A stretch of DNA of 61,013 bases from Alloascoidea hylecoeti (taxonomy: Eukaryota), in NCBI GenBank assembly GCA_001600815.1, contig BCKZ01000026.1, positions 124,001 through 185,013 on the forward strand. The letters are read 5' to 3'. Of the stretch, positions 38,188 to 49,124 are shown piece after piece; within the stretch, counting starts at the first letter, position 1; each line of letters opens with the position of its first letter. Made by a program: the position numbers and the translations under genes. The notes under the pieces were generated by a model that saw only the letters and a program-made list of their open reading frames with translations, was not told where the DNA came from and made no database searches.

Positions 38188-39648
38188 AGCTGTAGTTGAT
38201 GCTTTGAATTGGATTAAACCACGAGAAAAAAAAAAAAAAATAGAAAAAAATACGATCCCCATCGAATATATATAAAATTGTGTTGAACTTGTTTTGTGGT
38301 TATACTATTTTTTTTCAAATATAGACTATGAGCGTAAGAAAACTATAAATGTGATTTTTTTGGTTAGAAAATGATGAAGGTTTATCAAACCTTATATATT
38401 GTAGAACTTCACTTCTAGAACCTCTCAGACATTAAGCGAGATATAACGAAAAAGAGTATTCAATTAGACACGTTCATTATTACTATGTATAAGGTGGAAA
38501 TAGAATGGAAAGTTATTCAATATAAAAATAGTAATGGCACAGCCTACACAACTGGGAGAAAGCAATCAGTAATCAATTTAACTTTGAATATGTAAAGTTT
38601 TTACTTAGAACGTCACATTTTTCTATGTAATGTGACGAGCTTGAAAGAGGATTCAAATACCAGTTACAGTTTTAAATTATAACCATCTAATTTAATAAAA
38701 CAAAGTATATCATATAATTTTATATGCAAAAAAAAATAAATATCAAATATATCTGTAGACGCCATATATTTTTATTTTAAGAAATTTATAGTTTTAACCT
38801 ACATACAATTAAAGGTGACAGACAGTTATTGAGTTAATAGTGTAATCAGAAGACATTGATCCGAATCCACGGCTGACTCTCTCTGCAGCACACTGAGCAC
38901 TTTTTTATTATGATGATTAGATGATGAAGTATTTAAAAGCTTCAAAAATCTTTAACTTAAAATATTTTTCCAGATCAGAGTTTATGACGCTCATATAGTC
39001 AAATCAATGTTCATGATAACAGTAGCACAGATAATATTTTACCTGCTTATATAAAAGAAATTATTCAGGTGAAAATTAACATATAAATAAACACATACTT
39101 AAGTTATAATTGTGCTCTAAACAATTGCAAGGTTTTCAATCTAGTTTCTACCCCAAAAGTTAAAAAGAAAACAAGTACCTTTATAAACGAGGAGTTTGTA
39201 GCCTCATCATAAGGAAGCTCAAAATACGAACAATAAAAATAAATATATAGTTTTAAGATTTTACAATTGATGCCAGTCTATTAGGTGTAGTTTTACGATT
39301 TTAAGATTTAAGATTTTAGGATTTATAATAAGGATCTATAACCTCTAGGATTGAAAGGATTGAATACGACTAGGATACAATAACAAAGAACTTTTTATAA
39401 ATACATCTTTCCTGACTAAAGTTTATGATAATAGACAAAATAAGCTAATGCTAAACATAGAAACTTGCTATGTAATTATTATATATTTAGCTCGATTTAA
39501 ATAATCATATAAGTATAGGTAAATTATCGAATTTTAACATTTACATACAGTCACCATTTCTCTAACTACACTTATCTTATTAAAACACATAATATTTAGG
39601 TCGTTTATCAATAACATATCCGCTGCCAATACCACTTCAACCAATATA

Positions 39649-39869
39649 TCTTAAGGAATCTATCACCAAGTGGTTCTAAATTGCTTATAAGATCTTTTTG
39701 TTAGAGTTACACGCTACGACGAACTGATGTCAATTAATTTCTAATAAAACTTAAAACTTTTATTTCAAATATAAATACTTTTATTTAACGTTGACTAAAT
39801 TTCGGCCAATACTAATTCTAAATTCGTGGTTGCGCTGAGAATCTGTTTTTCTGATTTACTTCTCATACA
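39649..39869 (-). repeat. 3' LTR
   Basis: Direct repeat of 45008-45228 with 2 substitutions (plus one N); PPT adjacent at 39870-39881. Confidence 0.95.
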
Positions 39870-39884
39870 CTCCTCCCTTTTAAA

Positions 39885-42800
39885 CTAGGACGTCCTCGTC
39901 CTATCCTCCCTATTCTGTTCAGCTTTCTTCCTTAGGAACTTGTCATAATACCTTGACTTCATCTGGTTCTTCAATTTTTCTGGTGCTAATTCAAATTCTC
40001 TAAAGGTTAGTTCTGATGGGGCGTGGGGATCACAATCCGTCCAGGTTACTGTACTAATTCTGGTCAATTCGTTATACTTAATCAATTCTTTCATTTCGGT
40101 TATTCTTTCTCTATTTTCCTTAGGTGTCTTTGGTGGTAACTTGTTATAATCTTGGGTGTTGTTGTATTCCTTGAGCCATTTTATGTTAATGTTTCGCCAT
40201 CGATTCTTTATTGTTCTGAAGTCTATTTGATATGTATTCTCATTCATCACATTTATTATCTCGTATGGTCCTTCATAAATTGGCTTCAATTTCTTGTTCT
40301 CTGCTGGAATACCTTTGTTTTTTCTATCTATTAGTACCCAATCTCCTATTTTGTACCTATTTGCTCTTCTTTTCTTATTAGTTTGTTCTTCTTGTTCTTT
40401 TTGAGCATCTGCCATATGGTCCCTAATTCTCTGTAAGATTGCCTTCATTTTCTCTACTTTTTCCTCTGCTGACATTGACTTCCTCGTTAAGGTTATTGTT
40501 TCGAATTCTCTCGGGTCTGCTGGTTCATAACCTAATTCTGCCATGAATGGGGAACAATTGATCGATTTCTGGTAGCTACTGTTGTACGCAAATTCTAATA
40601 TTGGTAGGTACTCTTCCCAGTCGTCGTTTTCCTTATTCACATATGCTCTTAACAATTGGTTCAGAATTTTGTTCAATCTTTCCGTCTGGCCATCCGTGTC
40701 GGGGTGGTTGACTGTTGAAAAGTCTAATTCTGTTCCGAGTAATTCATGTACTGTTCTCCAAAAGGCTCCTAAAAATCGAATGTCTCTATCTGAAATTATG
40801 TTCTTTGGTGTGCCATGCAGGCGGAAAATCTGTTCTACAAACAATTTTGCTGCCCCCTCCCCCGTTAATTCTTTGCTGGTGGCAATAAAGTGTCCTCGCT
40901 TTGTTAGTCTATCTATAACAACAAAAATAGCATTATGTCCCTTCTTATTCTTCGGGATACCTGTAACAAAATCCATTGATATTTGTTCCCATCTTTCTTT
41001 TGGTATCGGTAAGGGCATTAATAGACCTTGCGTGGCTCGGGTGGTTGCCTTAACGGTTTGGCATGTATAGCACTTATTAATATATCTTTTAATCTGTTTG
41101 AACATATTTTTCCAGTAATATTTCTTAGCGATCAGTAGGTATGTCTTGTAATATCCAAAGTGTCCACTTAGGGGTGAATCGTGTCCCAACTTCATGATTT
41201 TCTGTTTCACTTGGCCATTGGGCGTGTCTGGTACACAGATTCTTCCTTCATCGTCGTCCCCTATGGTAGTATTAAACACTAGCAATCCTTCAACTATCGA
41301 ATAATGCCTAATATAAGCATTCATTTTCTTTGGTATTTCTTTCTTGTTCTTTAAAATGTCATAAATTTCTGCAAAGTCTTTATCATTTTTGTAATGTTTC
41401 TTAATTTCTTCTTTTAACTCTTGGTTAGCCTCTACTGTACTAAGTTCCGACGCGTTCACTTCGAAGTTTACTCTACTTAAGGCATCTGCTGCTGAATTGG
41501 TTTTACCAGGTATATACTTAATGGTAAAATTAAATTCCGCCAGGAAGTCTATCCATCTAGCAATTCTGCTTTTGTTCAGTTGCTTTTGTTGATGAATNTA
41601 NTGTANTGAATTATGGTCNGTNTGTANNACAAAGTGGTTGTCNTTCAAGTAATATTCCCACTCCTTTAGTGCAAACACTACCGCCATAAATTCTTTCTCC
41701 CTTGTTGGATAATTCAGTTCTGCTTTCTGTAACTTCTTTGAAGCGTAGCCCACTACTCCTATCAGTTTTCCCTCTATTGTCTTTTCCTCTAGCGTAGCCC
41801 CTAATGATATATCGCACGCGTCTGTAGTCACTACAAATACTCTATCACCTTGTTGTGGTATTTGTGGTACTACTAAAATTGGTTCAGACGACAATTTCTG
41901 CTTTAATTCTTCAAAAGCTGTGTCGCATTCTCCGTCCCAATCCTTGGCTTTGTTGGCGAATTCTATCATTGGCTTTGCTATCTTTGAGTACTGAGCAATA
42001 AATCTTCTGTAGTAGTTTGCTAGTCCTAGAAATGATTGTGCCTCTTTGTCGTTCTTAGGTACCGGCCATTCTTTTATTGCCTTTATCTTCTTTTCGTCTG
42101 GCATAATGCCTTTATCTGTGATTCTATGTCCTAAAAAGTCTAATTCCTTTAACATGAACTCACATTTCTTTCTTTTTGCTCTTAACTTATTAGCTCTCAG
42201 TTTCTCCAATACCAGTTTGACATGCTGCTCGTGTTCCTTCTCGTTCCTTGAGTATATCAAGATGTCGTCTAGATATACTATCACAAATTTGCCTTTAAAC
42301 TCTGCTAAAACATCATTCATAACGTACTGAAAGGTGGCCGGGGCATTGGTTAACCCAAACGGCATTACATTCCATTCGAAATGTCCATCTTTCGTCGTGA
42401 AGCCTGTTTTTGCTCTATCTGATTCCTTAATAACAATTTGGTGATAGCCAGACATCAAGTCTAACTTTGAGAATACTTTAGCACCATGTAACTGGTCTAG
42501 CAAGTCGTTAATTACCGGTAAAGGGTACCTATTCTTAATCGTTTGATTGTTAAGAAGTCTGTAATCAACACATAACCTCATACTACCATCTTTTTTCTTC
42601 ACGAATAACACTGGTGCCGAATATGGGGACTGTGACCTGGATATTGACCCATTCTCCAACAACTCTCTTAGCTGTCGTTGTAGTTCTTCATTATCCTTAT
42701 ATGACATTCTATAAGGAGCCCTAGCCGGTGGTTTAGACCCTTCCATTATCTCTATGTTATGATAAAACTGGTGTTGTCTTTCCGGTACTCCTTTTGGTTG

Positions 42801-42980
42801 TATATTGGTCACAACGTCTTCATATTCGCTCAAGAATTTAGGTAGCTCAGGTTCTGGTTTGGTTGACTCTATTACTTCATTCACTTCCAACGGTTCTTCG
42901 CCTATGTCTTCAACTTTTAGTTGTACTCGTCCCCAACTGTTGTGTCTAATTTCCTTCAGAAATTCTGTCACACCAAGGGT
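39885..42980 (-). CDS. Pol RT-RNaseH-integrase portion
   Basis: RLCVDYR, MPFGL, YLDD, TTDAC, HHCC zinc finger, SMDF...SDRD...GQTER (DDE), GPY motif. In frame with the protease ORF but separated by TAA at 42981-42983. Confidence 0.95.
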   Translation of the reverse strand, partial: TLGVTEFLKEIRHNSWGRVQLKVEDIGEEPLEVNEVIESTKPEPELPKFLSEYEDVVTNIQPKGVPERQHQFYHNIEIMEGSKPPARAPYRMSYKDNEELQRQLRELLENGSISRSQSPYSAPVLFVKKKDGSMRLCVDYRLLNNQTIKNRYPLPVINDLLDQLHGAKVFSKLDLMSGYHQIVIKESDRAKTGFTTKDGHFEWNVMPFGLTNAPATFQYVMNDVLAEFKGKFVIVYLDDILIYSRNEKEHEQHVKLVLEKLRANKLRAKRKKCEFMLKELDFLGHRITDKGIMPDEKKIKAIKEWPVPKNDKEAQSFLGLANYYRRFIAQYSKIAKPMIEFANKAKDWDGECDTAFEELKQKLSSEPILVVPQIPQQGDRVFVVTTDACDISLGATLEEKTIEGKLIGVVGYASKKLQKAELNYPTREKEFMAVVFALKEWEYYLXDNHFXXXXDHNSXXXIHQQKQLNKSRIARWIDFLAEFNFTIKYIPGKTNSAADALSRVNFEVNASELSTVEANQELKEEIKKHYKNDKDFAEIYDILKNKKEIPKKMNAYIRHYSIVEGLLVFNTTIGDDDEGRICVPDTPNGQVKQKIMKLGHDSPLSGHFGYYKTYLLIAKKYYWKNMFKQIKRYINKCYTCQTVKATTRATQGLLMPLPIPKERWEQISMDFVTGIPKNKKGHNAIFVVIDRLTKRGHFIATSKELTGEGAAKLFVEQIFRLHGTPKNIISDRDIRFLGAFWRTVHELLGTELDFSTVNHPDTDGQTERLNKILNQLLRAYVNKENDDWEEYLPILEFAYNSSYQKSINCSPFMAELGYEPADPREFETITLTRKSMSAEEKVEKMKAILQRIRDHMADAQKEQEEQTNKKRRANRYKIGDWVLIDRKNKGIPAENKKLKPIYEGPYEIINVMNENTYQIDFRTIKNRWRNINIKWLKEYNNTQDYNKLPPKTPKENRERITEMKELIKYNELTRISTVTWTDCDPHAPSELTFREFELAPEKLKNQMKSRYYDKFLRKKAEQNREDRTRTS

Positions 42981-44045
42981 TTAGCACTTAACTGACTCAG
43001 GTTCATTACTCCTGAGGTTGGGCTCATAGGTTCTACGATTAGTGAATATTTTGGTTAAACCTTTAAAAACTTCAAATACTTTATTATTATTTTTCTTTAC
43101 TTCTTTACTTAAAAACTTAACTTCTTTGCTTGCTTCTTTCTTTTTTATGTCTTTAACTATTTCTTTTGATGTGACAAGGCTTGGTGTTCTATTTTTCATA
43201 CTACTAAAATCACATACATTATTATTACATACATATTTTCTTGCCATATTTTCCTTTATAATCAGCCCCTTAACTCTGGGTTTGGATTCTTCTTTTCCAT
43301 TGGCAATTTTTTTCTTTTCTAAATCAATATTTTTTCTTCCACTCGCCATTGTGGGTCTTTTTGGGTTTTTATAATTTTTTTTGTTTTTTATATTTTTAAC
43401 ATTTTTTTCTAATTTTTCTGCCTTGTCTTTTGCATCATCTTTCTCTTTTGTAAAACTCTCTATTTTCTTTAAATCTATTTCTTTGATCTCTGGCTGTTCC
43501 ATGCTTAAAATTTTCTTCGGGTCTTCCTCTTTTTGTTCTTTATAAATGAATGGTCTTCCTAAATATACTTGATGGCTGAGTCCTTCTGTGACCCAGAAAT
43601 CCATCTTCCAGTACCTATTTTCATATTTTAATTCTAACTTGACCACTCCTGTTACCAGCATTTCGTTACCAGCTTGTGCTGTGTTTAGGACCCTTGGAAC
43701 CGCCAACTGCCGGACTGTATTTGAGGCACCCACCAATTCTACAGCGCGAGTATCTATTAACATCGAGGAACAACCAGAATCTATAAGGCATGGCACTATT
43801 TTACCATTAATTTGGAATGGAATTTCCTTTAACATCATGTTCAGGGGTATTTCTTCTTCTAAATCTTGACCTAATTCTGGGGTTCCTTTCGTACTACGCA
43901 CTGTGGTACTAGCTGTTGTTACTATTACATCCTTTGGTCCCAACTTCGGTATCACCCTTGGCTGGGTCGGGCTGTCTTTCGTTAACAACTGGGGGCCTTT
44001 TATACCAATATTACTGGTCCTTCTTAATATTGGTTTGCTTTTGGG
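42981..44045 (-). CDS. Aspartic protease plus Lys-rich spacer (entered by -1 frameshift from gag)
   Basis: CLIDSGCS active site, VYLGRPF; lies in the -1 frame relative to gag. Confidence 0.85.
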   Translation of the reverse strand, partial: PKSKPILRRTSNIGIKGPQLLTKDSPTQPRVIPKLGPKDVIVTTASTTVRSTKGTPELGQDLEEEIPLNMMLKEIPFQINGKIVPCLIDSGCSSMLIDTRAVELVGASNTVRQLAVPRVLNTAQAGNEMLVTGVVKLELKYENRYWKMDFWVTEGLSHQVYLGRPFIYKEQKEEDPKKILSMEQPEIKEIDLKKIESFTKEKDDAKDKAEKLEKNVKNIKNKKNYKNPKRPTMASGRKNIDLEKKKIANGKEESKPRVKGLIIKENMARKYVCNNNVCDFSSMKNRTPSLVTSKEIVKDIKKKEASKEVKFLSKEVKKNNNKVFEVFKGLTKIFTNRRTYEPNLRSNEPESVKC

Positions 44046-44956
44046 CAATTTTGCTTGCTATGCCCTTTCTCGTGGCAGTGAAAACATCTGCCTTTTCTCT
44101 TTAAGAGGTTGAGTTCTTTCCAGTTCAATCTCTTCCCGGGGGTCAGTGCTGCCACTGACATTTCGGTATCCCCGTCTGCATCTACCCGTCTCTCGCCATA
44201 GTTGTTATATCTATGTTGGACACCTCGTCGTCCTTCATTTCTGTTGAAGTTGGCTCTTGAAAACCTTTGTTGGGGTTGTAGGTGTCTTTCTCTCTCGTTG
44301 TACGAGTTTCTTAGCTCGTCCAGACGTATAGCCCTTGTCATACAGATTTTCAAGTTTTCGGGGCGATCTTCGACCATTCTACTCCTGATATGGGGTTTTA
44401 ATCCATCGATAAATTTTTGTAATTCTGCTTCCGCACCGTTGGGTGGAATCAGTCTTAATATTTCCCGGTACTGGTTGACATACTCTGCCGCCGAACCAGT
44501 TTGTCTTAGATCTAACCATTTTCTGGTTAGAGTATTAATGTAATCTAACGGATAGAAGGCTTCTCGTAGTAGTTCCTCAAATTCTTCGAATGACCCTTCC
44601 CTAGCGTCCTCTCTGTAGGACGATACGTACCAGGTGTACGCGCTCTTGCACATGAAGTTTGCGGCGTACTTTATCTTGTGTATCTCCGCTGTGTCTAGCG
44701 GGAATCCACTGAAATATTGTCTTAACATCATAAACCAATTGTCTATGAATTCGGGGTCTCGCTTACCGTCGAATATTTCTATCCTCAACGGTGGTGGTGC
44801 AAACGGACTTACTTGGTTCGTTTGTTGGTATTGCGTGGGTCCTGGCGTAGACCTTTGCGCATGCCCAAAGTTGTTGTTATCTGTCATTGCGCTAACAACA
44901 GATTCGCTCTCGCTTGTGGTAATGTCTTCTTCTGGGTTATACCCAAGTAGTACCAT
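44024..44956 (-). CDS. Gag (capsid + CCHC nucleocapsid)
   Basis: FDGKRD, LRQTGSAAEYV, KFIDGLK, CFHCHEKGHSKQNC. Confidence 0.93.
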   Translation of the reverse strand: MVLLGYNPEEDITTSESESVVSAMTDNNNFGHAQRSTPGPTQYQQTNQVSPFAPPPLRIEIFDGKRDPEFIDNWFMMLRQYFSGFPLDTAEIHKIKYAANFMCKSAYTWYVSSYREDAREGSFEEFEELLREAFYPLDYINTLTRKWLDLRQTGSAAEYVNQYREILRLIPPNGAEAELQKFIDGLKPHIRSRMVEDRPENLKICMTRAIRLDELRNSYNERERHLQPQQRFSRANFNRNEGRRGVQHRYNNYGERRVDADGDTEMSVAALTPGKRLNWKELNLLKRKGRCFHCHEKGHSKQNCPKANQY

Positions 44957-44998
44957 TAATTTCTCTCGGTTCGGTTAGTATGTAACTCTTAGAAGCGC

Positions 44999-45006
44999 CG
45001 CTACCA
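44999..45006 (-). promoter_or_regulatory. Primer-binding site for initiator tRNA-Met
   Basis: TGGTAGCG directly after the 5' LTR, the 8-nt Ty3-type PBS. Confidence 0.85.
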
Positions 45007-45007
45007 G

Positions 45008-45228
45008 TCTTAAGGAATCTATCACCAAGTGGTTCTAAATTGCTTATAAGATCTTTTTGTTAGAGTTACACGCTACGACGAACTGATGTCAATTAATTTC
45101 TAATAANACTTAAAACTTTTATTTCAAATATAAATACTTTTATTTAACGTTGACTAAATTTCGGCCAATATTAATTCTGAATTCGTGGTTGCGCTGAGAA
45201 TCTGTTTTTCTGATTTACTTCTCATACA
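45008..45228 (-). repeat. 5' LTR
   Basis: Direct repeat of 39649-39869; begins TG on the minus strand. Confidence 0.95.
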
Positions 45229-46350
45229 TATATCATACACAATATTACACACTACAACGTTAAAGATGTAGAATATTGTTGATTAAATATTCAAGGTTTA
45301 CTAACAAACGTGATTAATTTGCTCATATACATAAATAATTAAATAGCCCGCTAAAAGAGAGATGTTTCGAGATATATTTACAATATATTTCGCCTTTTAT
45401 ATTACTAATTTGCTACAGTTTACTACTGAACATAATGTGGAATTTAGATTTGTACGCTTAAGTGTATACTTGTAAAATGCTTAAATCTATATCAATCCTG
45501 AAAGAATTGTATTATAGAAGCGCTTAAGATCAGAAACAGTTAACTTTATGCAGACAAAGAAGAATAATTGGATATAGGCCTATAATCCATTCAGGGCCTA
45601 GGACAGGGATTTTACCCTGCTAAGCACGAAATATATTGGAGTTTTTGAAGTCAAAAAGTAGCTGAGGTCTTAGTACACATATAAATATAAATATTGGTAT
45701 GTAGTACTGTTGTAATAACTTCTAATTATAATAGACTTTAAGCTTATAAGTTATAATAATCAAACACAATAATAAATTTTAATCTTTCGATATCAAACAC
45801 CAATTTTGTACTTGACCAGCTATAAGATGATAGCGGATAAGTATTATTGAAGGGAATATATACTGTTTAAATAGTCTCATTAACCCTATATGTTGTATTA
45901 TTTTGAATAATACAACAGTACAGTATTACAATATTTAGTCTTTCCATTTAATTTCGGCCACATCTTGAACTAAACAACTAAATATTCCATGGTGATTAAT
46001 AAATTTCGGCAACACCTTGATTATTAATTTTGAGGGAAAACTACAGTTTTCAGATGAAGCAAAAGCTCAGATGAATTTTAATTGGGAAATGTTTAGCGGG
46101 TGACCCAATAAACCTTAGTTTTGAATCAAAATTGAAAGTTAAAGGGTGGACGAATATTTAGTCAATTGTTTAGTTTAAATAATGGGCGAAAGTAAGTGAA
46201 GAAACTGTATTTTATTGACAATTTATAACAATTTTAATGTTCTATTCTCAAAGTTATTAATGTTTATAACTATCGTTATAATTAGGTATATATTCTAAGA
46301 AATACTAGAATTAGTTTTCACTTTAAATGTCATAAATATGTTTACTAGGA

Positions 46351-47355
46351 TTAATTTAAGATTGTAACATCAGCAGAGACAGGACGATGGTCACTAATAT
46401 AAATATCATGAAATTTTGAATGTAAAACTGAATGAGTTTCTACTTTAATACCGGATTTCGGAACAAAAATGTAATCAATAATTTTTGTTTCATGATCACC
46501 ATCACCATTCCCATCAAACCCAGTAAAAGTATCAGAATGACCATATCTGTTTAATTTATCAGAAGCAACAGAAGTATCATCTAAATCTTTTGAAACTATT
46601 GAATATGGTTCATCAGTTGGTTTTGTATTAAAATCACCACAAAAGAAACTTGGATCATCATTTAAACCTTTAGCTTTTTGTAAAATTAATTTAACAGATT
46701 CTCTTCTTGCAATAACGCCTCTATGATCTAAATGAGTATTGAAGACATTTAACTTTTGACCGCTTTTAATATTTTCTAAATAAACCCATGAAACAATTCT
46801 TTCTAAGGCAGCATCCCAACCTCTACTTGGAACATCTGGTGTTTCACTTAACCAAAAAGTTTTTGAATCTAATAACTTCCATTCTGATTTTTTATAGAGA
46901 ATGGGAGAATATTCACCATTAGTTTTACCATCGGATCTACCAACACCAAATGATGTCCAATCATCACCGAGTAGGTTTAAAATATCATCCAGTTGATTAT
47001 GTAAAACTTCTTGTAAAGAAACAATGGAATTATATTGAGCGTTATATCTAATGCTTTGTGATACAAGATATTTCCTTTCTTTAGTCCAATCATGTTCACC
47101 GTTCCAAAGATATTTATTATCATAACGAATATTATGAGAGTATAAACGGAAGGTAAAATCTTGATGGTCATCTTTATTGTCATTGTGGATTACGTTATCG
47201 AGTGGTTGATGATGATGATTATCGTTATCATTTAAAAGACCTGGATTTAAATTTTTAGTTCCCCATTGCCAGATGTTTAAACTAGCAGCAGAAAGGCCGT
47301 TTATAAACAATAAGATGCTAAATATGCGGAGATGTAAAAAAGTGAAGAGTTTCAT
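46351..47355 (-). CDS. Secreted EEP family protein, copy 2
   Basis: Signal peptide; HNIRYD, LQE, GRSDG..NGEY, FWLSETP, NTHLDH, GDFN, IDYIF, SDHRP. Confidence 0.92.
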   Translation of the reverse strand: MKLFTFLHLRIFSILLFINGLSAASLNIWQWGTKNLNPGLLNDNDNHHHQPLDNVIHNDNKDDHQDFTFRLYSHNIRYDNKYLWNGEHDWTKERKYLVSQSIRYNAQYNSIVSLQEVLHNQLDDILNLLGDDWTSFGVGRSDGKTNGEYSPILYKKSEWKLLDSKTFWLSETPDVPSRGWDAALERIVSWVYLENIKSGQKLNVFNTHLDHRGVIARRESVKLILQKAKGLNDDPSFFCGDFNTKPTDEPYSIVSKDLDDTSVASDKLNRYGHSDTFTGFDGNGDGDHETKIIDYIFVPKSGIKVETHSVLHSKFHDIYISDHRPVSADVTILN

Positions 47356-47941
47356 GCCTTCAATAGTATAATTTTAACTATAAGGTTAAATGTTACAATT
47401 TATAAGGTGTGAACGTTACACAGACGTGCTGAGGATTACGATACAGACATAAAGCAAGTCTATACAATTTCGTCTCTCTATTTTTGTCTCCAATTTCTGT
47501 TATTTTGCCACAAAGAGGTCAAATTTCCTTTGTTTCATACCAACTTTTAAAATCAAGCCTGTTGTCATTTCTTTGAAGCATTAAACTAACACATTAATTA
47601 CTTTCCCATCTATTGTTTGTTCGTCCCTTAAGAGTCGTATTTGAAGCTACCTTCCTTTATTTAATTATTCATATTATTCATAAGTTCTGATCTCTTATTT
47701 CTAAAATCAAAATAAATATTTTGTATTTTTTCTTTAATATGGTGATCATGAATCATATATTTTCATACTTCTTTTCTGCTCTGAGCGCTAGTTTATGATC
47801 ATTATATATATATATAGTTTTATAAGTATTTTTCATATTTTCTTTTACAGTCTTTTTTCATATAAAAACTTATTAGAAGTGACTATTGTAGCTAACTTTT
47901 CCTGTTGGATTGGCTTCTGTGTCATACCTAACAAGTGGAAA

Positions 47942-48410
47942 CTATCGGTCTTTAGTTGCGTTAGAAGGGGTTTCGGCATTCCTGTTGTCGATGCCCTTTC
48001 CGATGACAATTAAAACATTTTGTTTTCAAGCCTCCATATACTTAGCTCATCATCACTTAATTTATTCTCAGGAGTCGGTGAATCCACCGTCTCAACCGTA
48101 TGATCACGGGCACTCAAGAAATCATCCATGGTGAGTGCAACTTCGAAAGTTTTCTCTAAGCTATCTGGGTTTGCTTTTCTAACTTCCGTTTGAGTAACTG
48201 TTTTCAACCTTTAATGAACTTATAAATTCGCCAACTTTCAGCGAAAAAGGACCTCGGTAATTTGTTGAGGGATCGTTCGAACTCGGCGGTATATTGGGAT
48301 GCAGTGGTCGTTTGTTTTAAGTTATAAAATTGTTCCATCAAAGTATATAGTGAAGGAATAAACATATCTCTTAACAGTTTCTCAAACTCTTCAAAAGTAT
48401 TTTCTTTGGC
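47942..48410 (-). pseudogene. Decayed Ty3/gypsy gag
   Basis: TFEEFEKLLRDMF...LKQTTTASQYTAEF...KFIKG, frameshift, LKTVTQTEVRKANPDSLE..., frameshift, CFNCHRKGHRQQEC. Parallels the intact gag. Confidence 0.8.
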
Positions 48411-48850
48411 GTTAGATTGATATTCTTTTAAGGAAACGATAAAATTAGATTGTGTATTTATTTGTAAATTGAATCTACAGAAAATGAATTTGTAGAATTG
48501 AACTTCTTTAAATTAGTAATCAAGCCTTCAAATCTATCTCTCAAAAGCATTTTTTTCAAGAGTGAGTAGTAAGTGGATTGCTTGATATATTTTGGTCAGA
48601 CTCGGCTTGGAATTCGTGGGGACTCGGTTAGGTTTGAACTCTAGCAAGCACCGCCCTACCCATAAGCCGTGGAGAATCAGCCCAAAGGAGTCAGCAATTT
48701 CATAAAGAAAGAGTTTACGATTAGAAAGCATACAAATAATTATACAATTCCATGATGAAACGAATAAACTTAGACGAGTTACGGAACATGTCAGAACCGG
48801 GTTCTTTCTGATTATAATTAGGACGATTGCTCAAAACAAGTTTAAAAATA

Positions 48851-49003
48851 AAAGATAAAACGTAAAATGTAAAAATAAAAATAAAAATAAAAATAAAAAT
48901 AAATAAAAGTAAAAGTAAAAATAAAAATGAAAAAATAAAATAAAAATAAAAATGAAAATAAAAATGAAAATAAAAATGAAAATAAAAATGAAAATAAAAA
49001 TAA
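48851..49003 (+). repeat. (AAAATA/AAAATG/AAAAGT)n hexamer microsatellite
   Basis: Visible tandem hexamers in the promoter of the Q/N-rich gene. Confidence 0.9.
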
Positions 49004-49124
49004 AGTAAGTAAATTTAAGTTATGTTTTCCTTCCAACAGATTTTTTCCAACCTCCATAAACACAAATAATATTAGCAATTGATAATAGTGATATTAGAAG
49101 TATATATGACTTTGCCTTAACTCC

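Larger units (their letters stand above)
39649..45228 (-). mobile_element. Full-length Ty3/gypsy LTR retrotransposon
   Basis: Two ~221-bp LTRs, TSD TATA(TC), PBS TGGTAGCG, PPT AAAAGGGAGGAG, domain order gag-PR-RT-RH-IN. Confidence 0.97.

Noticed and set aside
48842..49078. Hydrophobic 78-aa ORF
   Set aside because: Antisense translation of the AAAATA microsatellite.
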